IMG/VR virus record: IMGVR_UViG_3300042013_000065
DNA from: a virus
Length of the DNA: 64,000 nucleotides
Direction: 5' to 3' (one strand)
Shown here: piece by piece, positions 1-9,258 of the stretch
Layout: every line of letters begins with the position of its first letter
Position numbering within the stretch: position 1 is the first letter of the stretch
Made by a program: the position numbers and the translations under genes
Notes under the pieces: model-generated
Told to the model about the DNA's origin: nothing
The model's database searches: none
The model's input: only the letters and a program-made list of their open reading frames with translations

Positions 1-1
1 C

Positions 2-769
2 ACAGCACAGGCTGTCGTGGTAGAACAAGCGTTTTCAACGCAACCACAAGCAACATTAGCAACTGCCGTGCGTGAGGTTTTAACTCCCCAACTTGTGCCA
101 CTCAAAATATATTCGGTAGCACCGAACTTTGCACAGCCGTGGGTTGCAGTTTACAACGCAGCAACGGCTATCCTTGCGCGTGAATATTTCAACCCTGCTG
201 CATTGGATTCGTGGCCCGCTGCCGGGGCAAACGCCACCGGAAACTTCCTGAATTTGAATGCGTATTTACCAATTGATATTGTGGCGAAAACGTTTCTGTA
301 CACAGGCGGGCGTCAATTGAATTTGGGTGGTAACTGCTATCTAAATAACAACCTGCTGAACGCTGGTGCACAAATTGTCAACCCATTAGATTCAGCGTGG
401 GTTACAAACGATGTCGCTGCTGTTATTGGTATGGCGGGTGAAATAAGTGCTGGTGAAAACCCTGCGACATTTCCAACGCCGGTTTACGACCATGACGCGG
501 CACTGAGTTTGAATCCTCTGTATCACGCTACGCCATACAACACGGGCAGCAGTGTGCGGCGTTTAAGTATCGCTTTCAAAAAGATTGTCGGCGGCGGTTT
601 GTACGTAGGCCCATTCGATCCTGTTTCCACACCATATTTCACAAAAGATTTCTACAATCGTGGTGCAATGATTCACAGGATTAATGACACAGCCTTTTGG
701 GTCATTGGCTGTTTCAGAGAGGGCGCGGCGGGCGCAGACAAACTCGGTGTTATCACCGTAAAAGCATGA
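2..769 (+). CDS. Putative virion/tail-associated protein, 5' partial
   Basis: Frame is open from the window edge; Ala/Asn/Gly/Thr-rich; directly upstream of the LamG fibre gene. Confidence 0.5.
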   Translation, partial: TAQAVVVEQAFSTQPQATLATAVREVLTPQLVPLKIYSVAPNFAQPWVAVYNAATAILAREYFNPAALDSWPAAGANATGNFLNLNAYLPIDIVAKTFLYTGGRQLNLGGNCYLNNNLLNAGAQIVNPLDSAWVTNDVAAVIGMAGEISAGENPATFPTPVYDHDAALSLNPLYHATPYNTGSSVRRLSIAFKKIVGGGLYVGPFDPVSTPYFTKDFYNRGAMIHRINDTAFWVIGCFREGAAGADKLGVITVKA

Positions 770-779
770 GTAATCATTT

Positions 780-3359
780 ATGAGCATGGCACTTTTAAAC
801 ACAGTCGCGCTGCCAAACGTTTTGCTTGCTCACGGGAAAAACCACGTCGCTGTCTATCAGAATGGCGTGGTTTCAACCTACGCAAAAGACGAAGCAAACA
901 ATACGCTAACTCTTCAGCCAACCACGTATGCGCTGGCTGACGTTCTCGCATTGAAAATGTCGAATGACGGAACCGTAATCGCTGCACAAACAGTAGATAA
1001 AACGTATCGCCTGACCGGTGGTGTACAAACCCCAATCGACATTGTTGGCGCGTTCGACGTAGCGAGCAATGGCACAATTGTTATCGTCAGCGTGACTGCA
1101 CAACAGATTAGCGTGGTGCAAACACTGACCCGAAATTTCAGTGTGGCTGTCACAGCAAATGACAAGATTGCAGTTGGCTCAAGCACGTTCATCGTCTACA
1201 ACAAATCGCGTTATCTTTCCGGTTCCTTTATCGGATCGACTGTAGCACAAAACGTCTTTGCATATTCAGCAGCATTTGTAATCGCTGCAACGGGTGACAA
1301 ATTCGCATTCTTTTTCGAAAACGGCAGCGTTCAATACAACGGCCTTACGCGTACAGGAATGCCGAAGCTTTACTACCATCGCAACGTTGGCAACTTTATT
1401 GTGGCGAATGACGGTGCATTTGATTGGGCGTACCAGCGGCTGTACCCGCAAAGCAATCCGGTTAAACTGCGTGCAAATGTAATGGAGATTCCAGCCTCTG
1501 AAGACATGACGCCGTATGTTTGGTCGCAATTCAGTTTCCAAAATAACCAAGCGATTGAAGACGTAACCGAAGCAGCAGTGCTGCTGACGAACGCCACCGT
1601 TTCCAGCAACAAATTGGTGAACACTTCTGCAACAGGATATCCATTAGACCGCGCCACACCGGTTTACTTTTCAGCCTCCGAAGATTTCAGTATCGAAGGT
1701 TGGTTGAATATGTCTGCAATTCCTGATGCGGCTGCATTGTTGTCGATGTATGCACCTTCTGGCTCTACAAACTTCGCGTTCTTTGTGGGTGCGCAAATTG
1801 GCAACGTGCTTGTAATCGTCAACGCAGACGGTTCGAATTCTAGCACCGGACGAATCAACGTAAGCGCCGCTGGTTTGACGCTGAACAATGATCACCATAT
1901 CGCGGTGTGTCGTGTTAGTGGTGTATTGAAAATTTACCTCAACGGTGCACAGATTTATTCTGCGGCAAACAACACTGCGACGTTCAAAAGTACGGAATTT
2001 TTGAACATTCGTAACGGTGCAATTGGTCGTCGTTGGGGCATGCGTATTTGTCGCGGTAAATCTGCGTACACGGATGCGTTTGAACCGTTGGCTACATTGC
2101 CTGCGTTGACGCCTCAATACTACGAACCTGCTGTACGTGACGACATTGTTTTCCAAGCTGCATTCCGAAACAATTCGCTGCTAAACGAAATGGATTTTGT
2201 GGGCGGTCGGCAAATCGTTATGGCTGGCCCAACTTCGGTTGCGAATGGTCGTTTGCAAACCACGGCAGCAACAACTTCGCGATTCAGTGCGCCATGTAAG
2301 TATTTCGGTGCTGGCGATTTCACAATTGAATTGTTATTCCGTTTGCCTGCGTATCCCGGCACAGCGGAAAACTGCGTGTTGGGTCAGTACATAGATCCCG
2401 GAAATCCAAACAGTTGGTTGCTCTGGTACAGCAGCGGTGGCGGGATGATTATTTATACCGCATCGCAAGCCAGTGGCGGCACGGCTTTGCAATCTCTGTC
2501 TTTGGGTTCGAATCTGGTTCCATTAAACAGAGACGTTCACCTAGTTGTTGAGAAAGTTAACAATGTTTTGAATGCTTATATGGATGGTGTATTAGTGGGC
2601 ACACAAGCTCACACGTTCCCGCTCATGGACAACACCGATACAGTGCCTATGCGGAACAATTGGAATTACACCGCTAGCACTAACCCGCTGTCGATCAAAT
2701 GGATTCGAATTGCAAAACGGGCGATGTATAACGGCGTGATTAAACCACTCGTTGCACCGCCGAAAGTTAAAGCAATTCCTACATCTTTGATCAAAGAAGG
2801 TGTGGTTGCAAAAGGCATTACAGCAACTGGCGGTTCTGCTTCTGCTGGATCTTGGCGCATGCCATTCAACGCGTATTTGACAATGCCAAACGCGCCTGAA
2901 TTGTGTCCGGGTTCGAAAGACTTTGTGTGTGAAGTTGATTTCAGTGTGCAAACGGCGACAACCGTTTCTGGCAGCGCAATTACTCCAATGGTTTATTGGG
3001 GCACGTGGGCAGCACCGGGAAAACTCGTCAACTACGAAATCCAATACAGCCATACAGCGCAACAGTTCGTGATTTCTGCATCCCATGATGGCACTGCTGG
3101 AACATTCGTTGTTTTCCCGTTTGCATTGGCATTCAATACTCAGTATTTGGTGAAGTTTATCCGAACCGCTGGTGTATTGGCCTGCTTTGTAAACGGAACT
3201 AAAATTGGCGAATCTCCGTACACCGAAAACCTTTTGAACGATGTTTCTTCACCGTTCTATATTGGTCGTCGCATTGGTGGTTCAACCGGAAACGTATTCT
3301 GGTACGGTGATTGGACTGTTAAAAACTTTAGCATAGGTGTTATTGACCAAACGCCGTAG
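780..3359 (+). CDS. Tail fibre/receptor-binding protein with three LamG/concanavalin A-like domains
   Basis: Three repeats of LamG-type motifs: DFSIEGW..HIAVCRVSGVLKIYLNG, DFTIEL..HLVVEKVNNVLNAYMDG, DFVCEVDF..VKFIRTAGVLACFVNG; beta-rich N-terminus. Confidence 0.75.
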   Translation: MSMALLNTVALPNVLLAHGKNHVAVYQNGVVSTYAKDEANNTLTLQPTTYALADVLALKMSNDGTVIAAQTVDKTYRLTGGVQTPIDIVGAFDVASNGTIVIVSVTAQQISVVQTLTRNFSVAVTANDKIAVGSSTFIVYNKSRYLSGSFIGSTVAQNVFAYSAAFVIAATGDKFAFFFENGSVQYNGLTRTGMPKLYYHRNVGNFIVANDGAFDWAYQRLYPQSNPVKLRANVMEIPASEDMTPYVWSQFSFQNNQAIEDVTEAAVLLTNATVSSNKLVNTSATGYPLDRATPVYFSASEDFSIEGWLNMSAIPDAAALLSMYAPSGSTNFAFFVGAQIGNVLVIVNADGSNSSTGRINVSAAGLTLNNDHHIAVCRVSGVLKIYLNGAQIYSAANNTATFKSTEFLNIRNGAIGRRWGMRICRGKSAYTDAFEPLATLPALTPQYYEPAVRDDIVFQAAFRNNSLLNEMDFVGGRQIVMAGPTSVANGRLQTTAATTSRFSAPCKYFGAGDFTIELLFRLPAYPGTAENCVLGQYIDPGNPNSWLLWYSSGGGMIIYTASQASGGTALQSLSLGSNLVPLNRDVHLVVEKVNNVLNAYMDGVLVGTQAHTFPLMDNTDTVPMRNNWNYTASTNPLSIKWIRIAKRAMYNGVIKPLVAPPKVKAIPTSLIKEGVVAKGITATGGSASAGSWRMPFNAYLTMPNAPELCPGSKDFVCEVDFSVQTATTVSGSAITPMVYWGTWAAPGKLVNYEIQYSHTAQQFVISASHDGTAGTFVVFPFALAFNTQYLVKFIRTAGVLACFVNGTKIGESPYTENLLNDVSSPFYIGRRIGGSTGNVFWYGDWTVKNFSIGVIDQTP

Positions 3360-3377
3360 ATAAAAAGGTTTGTAAAA

Positions 3378-4139
3378 ATGCGATTAATCCTAGCCTCGTT
3401 AATTTACTTGTATAGCCTGATAGGCATTGCCAGTGCGGAAACGTTGGTTGTGCAAAGCCATGTGATTACTGATCTTTACGGCACAACATTCGCCGAAGAG
3501 CTTAGTAGTCAAGTGGTAATGTTGGATCGACGCGCACGGCCAAAGGACGTAACCCACATCCTAAATCAATATGCCCAAACAGAGAAATACAAGGAAGTTA
3601 CGGTGCTTGGGCAGCTCTACCCAATTGAATCCAGTAAGCGCTTTTCGATTGTGTCTCAGTTCACGCTGAACAAAGTCATAAAAGATAAAGTGTACGTGCT
3701 TCAGGGCGCGGGAGAATTGGAAACCGAGCGATTGGCAGCGATCAAAGAACAGACGACAGTTACAGAAGTGTTCGAAATGAAAACAGAACACGACTTGCGC
3801 TTAGCACTGATCAAATTGAAACGAAAAGATAAGGGCTTCCTAATCATCAATGTATTTAACTTACGTGATAATTGGAATGCCAAACTCTCTTACCCTGCCA
3901 TCGAAGAAATTGTGGTTGAAGCTAACAGAACGCATGTGGACGTGGGAATCTGCTACAAAGATTTCCGCACAGCATTAGCCATCGGGCCGACGCCGGACGA
4001 TGCAATTATCGTTTTGACTGGTGGAAAATCTACAAGCATCTGCGCCTCGTTAGAGCGACTGAAAAAGTTGGGTAGTATGGATATATATGACCAACTGTCG
4101 GGGACTTTCTACCGTGTCATTACAAACAAAAGGGAGTAG
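3378..4139 (+). CDS. Secreted protein, possible periplasmic substrate-binding-like fold
   Basis: Signal peptide ending ASA; alternating alpha/beta pattern. Confidence 0.5.
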   Translation: MRLILASLIYLYSLIGIASAETLVVQSHVITDLYGTTFAEELSSQVVMLDRRARPKDVTHILNQYAQTEKYKEVTVLGQLYPIESSKRFSIVSQFTLNKVIKDKVYVLQGAGELETERLAAIKEQTTVTEVFEMKTEHDLRLALIKLKRKDKGFLIINVFNLRDNWNAKLSYPAIEEIVVEANRTHVDVGICYKDFRTALAIGPTPDDAIIVLTGGKSTSICASLERLKKLGSMDIYDQLSGTFYRVITNKRE

Positions 4140-4395
4140 GGCACTGCTGCTACTTCTGCTAGCGATTATGTTTGGATCGTGGGCGGTCACGGAATTTGAT
4201 TCTGCTGGGCCTAAACCAGTTGTGACAGAATTCGTAGATTGTGTAGAAGCCGTTTGCAAAAATCTGCCGGGTGCTGGACTTGCGTGCGCAATTCAGAAAC
4301 CCCTGATAACAAAGATCGTCGTTACCAATAACGATGGCGTAAAAACATACCAGTTCACTCCAACAAACGATAGGTGCAAATATGGGGATGATTGA
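4087..4395 (+). CDS. Small secreted Cys-containing protein (start may be GTG 4114)
   Basis: Hydrophobic RALLLLLLAIMFGSWA leader; four Cys in the mature part. Confidence 0.5.
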   Translation: MTNCRGLSTVSLQTKGSRALLLLLLAIMFGSWAVTEFDSAGPKPVVTEFVDCVEAVCKNLPGAGLACAIQKPLITKIVVTNNDGVKTYQFTPTNDRCKYGDD

Positions 4396-4867
4396 CACAA
4401 TATTCTCCAGTCCTATCCCCACGATTATTGCAATGATGCTGGCGCTAGCCTTCGGCGCTGTTATCTGGTGGTTTGCAATTCCACAGGCTGCGCAGCTCAA
4501 GGAAGCGCTGGCAACGATTGTGGATAAGGATGAAGAGATAAAGGAGCTTCGCACAACACATACTGATGACCTTAAAAAAATGAGCCAAATGCTGAGCGAA
4601 ATCTTAGCAATTGTTGAACGCCCCGTCAGTATTCCTGCCCTAGAAGAATTGCGCAGTTTGCTAAATTCAATGTCGGGGGCACTAAACGGTAATCGCCATT
4701 TGGATTCGACGACAGTTCGTGAACTTCAGAACTGTATGAACACCATTGACAGAAACACTGAGCGGCTTTTGCGCACATTGTCAGAAGTCAGTGAGAAACA
4801 AAGCCAAGTGTCGGGTATCATTCTAGGACTCAACATGCACCGTGGTGAAGCGCCGAGAGGCGTTTGA
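4382..4867 (+). CDS. Single-pass membrane protein with coiled coil
   Basis: N-terminal TM (IIAMMLALAFGAVIWWFAI), then heptad-rich helices. Confidence 0.65.
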   Translation: MGMIDTIFSSPIPTIIAMMLALAFGAVIWWFAIPQAAQLKEALATIVDKDEEIKELRTTHTDDLKKMSQMLSEILAIVERPVSIPALEELRSLLNSMSGALNGNRHLDSTTVRELQNCMNTIDRNTERLLRTLSEVSEKQSQVSGIILGLNMHRGEAPRGV

Positions 4868-5664
4868 GGTTACTCATGTCATTCGTTCCGAACAATATTC
4901 GATTCCGTTCCGTCAGTTCAAAAGCCATGTCGCTTTTTTACGGGAACAAGGCATTTATCCTCAATGATTTGTTGATGGAACGCAACCAATTCAGCGAGGT
5001 TGCTAGAGAAACGCTGCTGCTTTTATTCAATAGCTACACGAATTGGGCGCAGCGGGTCGAGTATACCTTCCTCAACAATAGCACCGTGACAGAAGCAACA
5101 ATTGACGCGGTGTTAGCTGATGACGACAAGGTGCAGTCATATCACCTTGAAATATTTGAGCTTTATCCGACTCTGTTTTGTGAGGGTTTTGTTGACCAGT
5201 GGTATACGGTTAACGTGCACACTCGCAATGCTTTCAGAGCCATGATTAAAAGTACAAATGGAATGCACACCCTTGAAGCCTTCCCGATTATCGTCGCCGG
5301 GTTAAGCTCAATGCTTCAAATGTGCTTGTACGAGTTATACGAAATCGACTGCCTGTTAGGAAGCAACTACGTTCCGAATCAGTGCACGACAAATCGTTCC
5401 AATGCTGATCGACTGATTGTCTACATCGACAATTTTACCATTGATTACTATTTCCAGTCGGGGATTTTTATGTGTGAAGAACGCATAAAATATTACCTGA
5501 CAATCGCATGTGGATCTTTCCCCGTGTTGATAAAGAACTATTCGACCAGCAGGCTTAGCTTTGCTGGCGTAATCGAAGGTGACGAACCGCTGGCGTCTCT
5601 TCTGAAACGCTGCACGGAATACGTTGATATTGTTGATGTTATTTCGTGCCCACCAGCACTATGA
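4864..5664 (+). CDS. Hypothetical cytoplasmic protein (ATG at 4876 possible)
   Basis: 266-aa ORF coupled to the upstream gene. Confidence 0.6.
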   Translation: MRLLMSFVPNNIRFRSVSSKAMSLFYGNKAFILNDLLMERNQFSEVARETLLLLFNSYTNWAQRVEYTFLNNSTVTEATIDAVLADDDKVQSYHLEIFELYPTLFCEGFVDQWYTVNVHTRNAFRAMIKSTNGMHTLEAFPIIVAGLSSMLQMCLYELYEIDCLLGSNYVPNQCTTNRSNADRLIVYIDNFTIDYYFQSGIFMCEERIKYYLTIACGSFPVLIKNYSTSRLSFAGVIEGDEPLASLLKRCTEYVDIVDVISCPPAL

Positions 5665-5687
5665 AATAAGCAAAGGATACACATAAC

Positions 5688-6818
5688 ATGGCAGAAATTA
5701 ATGGTTCACTGTTAGTCAAGGGTGACGTTACCCTGACTGGCGAAATCAAAAACTTGCGCATCGAACAATTGGTGGAAGATCCAATTGCCGGTGATCTTAC
5801 TGCGCCGCGTTTGTGGGTAAACACTACCACTGACACGCTGCGCTTCTACAACGGCACCGCCACCGTTAGCCTCGGCGCTGCTGGTGCTGGCGGCGTTACT
5901 CCTGAAGAGCTGGACACAGCACTTGCGGATTACACCACAACCACCGCACTGACTGCCCTTTTGGGCGGTTACACAACCGATGGCGAATTGACAACCGCCC
6001 TCAGTTCGTACGTGCTGACAACTGCTTTGACTGCGGCGCTCGCACCGTATGCGCAAAGCACCGATGTAACTGATGAAATCGCAACTGCTGTTACCGGTTT
6101 GGTAAACACTACCCAACTGAATAACGCAATTGATAACGCACTGGCCGGTTTGGATTTCCAAGCCGACGTTCTCGGTCGCGAAGCTGATTTCGCAGGCGTT
6201 GCAGGTCGTTACATTCTGACTGATGGTTTGAGCGGTATTACTCCAACAGTCGGCAATGCAAATGACATCGTAGAAGTTACAGCAGGCGGTGAAGCAACCG
6301 TACTCGCTTACGACGTTTCTGCACAAGGCCCCGGCGCCCTCGTTTGGGATCGTGCCGATGGTATGTGGCTGCGTTGGAACGGCACTGATTGGGCAGAATT
6401 CGGCGGCATTTCTGGCATCACTCCCGGCGACGGTATTGAAACTGCCGGTGATGTTGTTTCCGTGAAACTGGACGGCGCCACGCTGACCAAATCCGCTGCG
6501 GGTTTGAAAGTTGGCGATCTTTCCGGCACCTACGTTACTCCTGCGGCATTGACTACTGCGCTGGAAGACTACCCAACTGAAACGGAAATGAACACGAAAG
6601 TTGCTGGTCTGTTCTTTCCAATCGACAGTGCTTCTGCAACCACTCACACAATCACTCACAACCTCGGCTATCGCTGGCCGAACGTGATTGTCGTTGATGC
6701 TGCAACCAACAAACAAATCACTCCTGATGACGTTGAATTCACCACCGTGAATGAACTGGTTATCACCCTTGGCGTTGCTGCGGCAATCAAAGGTGGCGTG
6801 AGCTGGCTGAACACGTAG
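5688..6818 (+). CDS. Virion fibre/whisker-like structural protein
   Basis: AAGGA RBS; Thr/Ala/Gly-rich; 13-aa L..Y.T...L repeats; C-terminal THNLG..P.V.V.D module typical of phage fibre proteins; followed by a terminator. Confidence 0.65.
   Translation: MAEINGSLLVKGDVTLTGEIKNLRIEQLVEDPIAGDLTAPRLWVNTTTDTLRFYNGTATVSLGAAGAGGVTPEELDTALADYTTTTALTALLGGYTTDGELTTALSSYVLTTALTAALAPYAQSTDVTDEIATAVTGLVNTTQLNNAIDNALAGLDFQADVLGREADFAGVAGRYILTDGLSGITPTVGNANDIVEVTAGGEATVLAYDVSAQGPGALVWDRADGMWLRWNGTDWAEFGGISGITPGDGIETAGDVVSVKLDGATLTKSAAGLKVGDLSGTYVTPAALTTALEDYPTETEMNTKVAGLFFPIDSASATTHTITHNLGYRWPNVIVVDAATNKQITPDDVEFTTVNELVITLGVAAAIKGGVSWLNT
5922..6077 (+). repeat. Four in-frame 13-aa repeats
   Basis: LADYTTTTALTAL / LGGYTTDGELTTA / LSSYVLTTALTAA / LAPYAQSTDVTDE. 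Confidence 0.7.
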
Positions 6819-6837
6819 GCACATAGTGGTATAGATT

Positions 6838-6869
6838 AAGGGGAGCCATTTGGTTCCCCTTTTTCTTTT
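6838..6869 (+). terminator. Rho-independent terminator
   Basis: aaggggagcc-attt-ggttcccctt hairpin followed by a T tract. Confidence 0.85.
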
Positions 6870-6921
6870 GCGTAATTTAATGCTATGAGGAACACACGTT
6901 CTTTCGCATATGGGGAATGCA

Positions 6922-7086
6922 ATGCTTATTTTGATTGATGCAAAACCCGTGAGAAACAAGAAAGTTATTTCGAAAATGCAGCGATTGAATCGACGCAAAA
7001 TGCTTAACCGTCAAGACACCATCGACGACGAAGGCGAAAAGGTTGGTTCGAATCGCGGTCTGGAACACACTTTCACATCACGGTGA
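6922..7086 (+). CDS. Small basic hypothetical protein (54 aa, not in ORF track)
   Basis: MLILIDAKPVRNKK...HTFTSR*; GGGGA upstream; fills the gap before the lysis genes. Confidence 0.5.
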   Translation: MLILIDAKPVRNKKVISKMQRLNRRKMLNRQDTIDDEGEKVGSNRGLEHTFTSR

Positions 7087-7090
7087 ACAA

Positions 7091-7345
7091 ATGGAAACGC
7101 TAAAGAAATGGGGTTTGTGGATTGTGGGCGCAGCAATCTTTTTGCTGACTCTTTTTGCGGCTGTAGGTCGGACTAAAGAAAAGCCACAACCGCCAGCACC
7201 AGAAGTAGAGTTGCCACCGGATTACACAGAGCAGAACGAGAAAATCGAAGAGGCCCATGTAGCCGTCGTCGAAAAAACAAAACCCGTTCCGAAGTCGGAT
7301 GCGGCTTCAATAAGCGCAGCGATAGAGGAATACAACAAAGAATAG
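7091..7345 (+). CDS. Inner-membrane protein, i-spanin-like
   Basis: N-terminal TM (WGLWIVGAAIFLLTLFAAV), Pro-rich linker, helical C-terminus; lysis context. Confidence 0.5.
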   Translation: METLKKWGLWIVGAAIFLLTLFAAVGRTKEKPQPPAPEVELPPDYTEQNEKIEEAHVAVVEKTKPVPKSDAASISAAIEEYNKE

Positions 7346-7355
7346 TGAGTGCGCG

Positions 7356-7859
7356 ATGATGGAATGGTTTGTAAAAGCGATTGAAAAAGCCATCGAAATT
7401 CCCCTCGATGACGCGTTCGGTTTTTTCTTTTGCACCCTTGCAGGTGTGATCGTAAACTGGATTTGGAAATGCAAGAAAGAGGGAATCAAACTGTCGTCGT
7501 ACTGGCTCGACGATGTTAAATCTACCTTTTGGGTTTTTGCTGGTGCGTTCGCAACGTTTCTGACGACTGTGATCATCGAACCGGGTGTGGGAAAGATTAC
7601 CTATTTCGCAATCGGTATTGCTGCTGATTCCATGATTGGTAAACCACCAATGCCATTGGCAGTACGCACCGCGCTGGAACGCTTACAAGCGAGTACAGAA
7701 AATGCGGCTAATCCTGTTATTGTTGATTCTCATGGTGCCGGGATGTCAAACGTCCCAACAGTGGAATCCACCACCGCCACTGCCATTGCAGAAATTGGAA
7801 AAGCTTACGTTGGAAGCGTCCCTGCCGGACAAACCAGCGATAAGCCAAGCGCAAGTTGA
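7356..7859 (+). CDS. Putative holin (2-3 TM)
   Basis: Hydrophobic segments FGFFFCTLAGVIVNWIW, FWVFAGAFATFLTTVII, ITYFAIGIAA; next to spanin-like and endolysin genes. Confidence 0.5.
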   Translation: MMEWFVKAIEKAIEIPLDDAFGFFFCTLAGVIVNWIWKCKKEGIKLSSYWLDDVKSTFWVFAGAFATFLTTVIIEPGVGKITYFAIGIAADSMIGKPPMPLAVRTALERLQASTENAANPVIVDSHGAGMSNVPTVESTTATAIAEIGKAYVGSVPAGQTSDKPSAS

Positions 7860-8148
7860 CGGAAAAGAAGTTGCCGTACTCGATCTGAATAACACGCGAA
7901 AGCTTACGGATTACGTGCGGCAATCGAAAGCAAATACCGAAGGCTTAAATCTTCTTGTGACAGCGCACAATCAAACGATCCAGCAACACAACACGGTCGT
8001 AGATATTGCGCTGAAACAGGAGGTACGCGCCAACGAAAACTACGCGCTGTATCTGAAGGAACAGCAAGAACACGAACGCGATAAAACGTGGTTCGCAATT
8101 GAAAAAGTATTCTGGCAAGCGATTGCCATTATCGGCCTTGCGTTGTAA
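7702..8148 (+). CDS. Lipoprotein spanin-like protein with C-terminal hydrophobic anchor
   Basis: MRLILLLLILMVPG-C lipoprotein signal, PPPPLP, coiled coil, C-terminal VFWQAIAIIGLAL. Confidence 0.6.
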   Translation: MRLILLLLILMVPGCQTSQQWNPPPPLPLQKLEKLTLEASLPDKPAISQAQVDGKEVAVLDLNNTRKLTDYVRQSKANTEGLNLLVTAHNQTIQQHNTVVDIALKQEVRANENYALYLKEQQEHERDKTWFAIEKVFWQAIAIIGLAL

Positions 8149-8159
8149 AGGAAAACGTT

Positions 8160-8603
8160 ATGAATATCAGTCCAAACTATACCGATCTTGACGTGGGTTT
8201 CGACCTCGTTGCGATTAAAAACAAAATCGACAATACGCCGCCCCGCAATGTGCTGCGCGCTGCCGAGGACATGGCAGAGTTTGTGCTGGAACCATTGCGC
8301 AACGCTTACAACTTTCGGATCGTCAGTTGGTATCGCTCGCCTACACTGGAACGCGAATACAGCAAACCGGGTTTCTTCGATTGGTGCCGTCAAAACAAAT
8401 TGACGTGCAGTGATAAAAACTGGTTTGATTACATACAGCAAAAACAACACGTCACAGGGCATGCAGTTTCTATCGTGTCCAATGACCTCGAAATGATTTA
8501 CGAATATTTGCAGTCGGAAGAATTCGACATTTTGCAGATGCGTGACAATTACATTCACATATCGTTTGTGAAGGGTGCCAATCGGCGCCTGATTCTGAAG
8601 TAA
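8160..8603 (+). CDS. Peptidase M15A-like protein (endolysin candidate)
   Basis: LEPLR..IVSWYRSP..QHVTGHAVSI..YIHISF match the M15A SGYR / H..G.A.D / xHxS motifs. Confidence 0.7.
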   Translation: MNISPNYTDLDVGFDLVAIKNKIDNTPPRNVLRAAEDMAEFVLEPLRNAYNFRIVSWYRSPTLEREYSKPGFFDWCRQNKLTCSDKNWFDYIQQKQHVTGHAVSIVSNDLEMIYEYLQSEEFDILQMRDNYIHISFVKGANRRLILK

Positions 8604-8612
8604 ATTCGAAGC

Positions 8613-8654
8613 AAAAAAAAGCCCCGTTTCCGTGATTGGATTCGGGGCTTTTTT
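8613..8654. terminator. Bidirectional Rho-independent terminator at the convergence point
   Basis: aaaaaaaagccccg...cggggctttttt; A tract on the left and T tract on the right, between convergent gene blocks. Confidence 0.9.
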
Positions 8655-8664
8655 CGTTTCTGCG

Positions 8665-9258
8665 CTACGTGTACAGTGTCCACTTCTTGAAAATGTGTTG
8701 CGCTGCTGATTCCCAAATTCCCAATCCGGTAGAAGGCAATTGCATGCACAACGTTTTGAATTTGTCTGCGTTGGGAATATCGTTTGCGTTCCACGCCATG
8801 CGTACGAATTTCGGATTCAGTTCAATGAACGAAGTGAACACCGCGTGGTACGTCGCCACCTCTTCGTCAGTACAACCCTGTAGGAAGGCCACAGAGAGCG
8901 CCTGAAGGTCGTTAGAACGCGCCACAGGGCGACTCATGGCACGATGTAGGGCGTTGACCACCGTACGCATGTCGTGCGCCACCATCGTGTCGAAATCCGG
9001 GTACACGAACATAGGGTGAAAGTTCGTCGTCTCCGGCATTACGCACGTGTGCACAGCAGTCAACCACGCACCGGCTTCAACAAACGGTTGGTTGTGCACA
9101 ATGAATGGTTCAGGGCAATTCAACTCCGCAATCGCTTCAGGAAACATGCAATTGTGCGAGTAATACGTAATGCCTTTGTCGATGTACGCAGGCAGCAAAT
9201 CAATTCGCCCGGTAGTCAACAAGCGATCAAGTTGCGACAAGGATAAAAACAATCTCAT
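8665..9258 (-). CDS. Hypothetical protein
   Basis: 197-aa ORF, last gene of the - strand block. Confidence 0.65.
   Translation of the reverse strand: MRLFLSLSQLDRLLTTGRIDLLPAYIDKGITYYSHNCMFPEAIAELNCPEPFIVHNQPFVEAGAWLTAVHTCVMPETTNFHPMFVYPDFDTMVAHDMRTVVNALHRAMSRPVARSNDLQALSVAFLQGCTDEEVATYHAVFTSFIELNPKFVRMAWNANDIPNADKFKTLCMQLPSTGLGIWESAAQHIFKKWTLYT

Noticed and set aside
5712-6998. 428-aa - strand ORF
   Set aside because: Antisense shadow of the codon-biased fibre gene; crosses a terminator; no protein-like features
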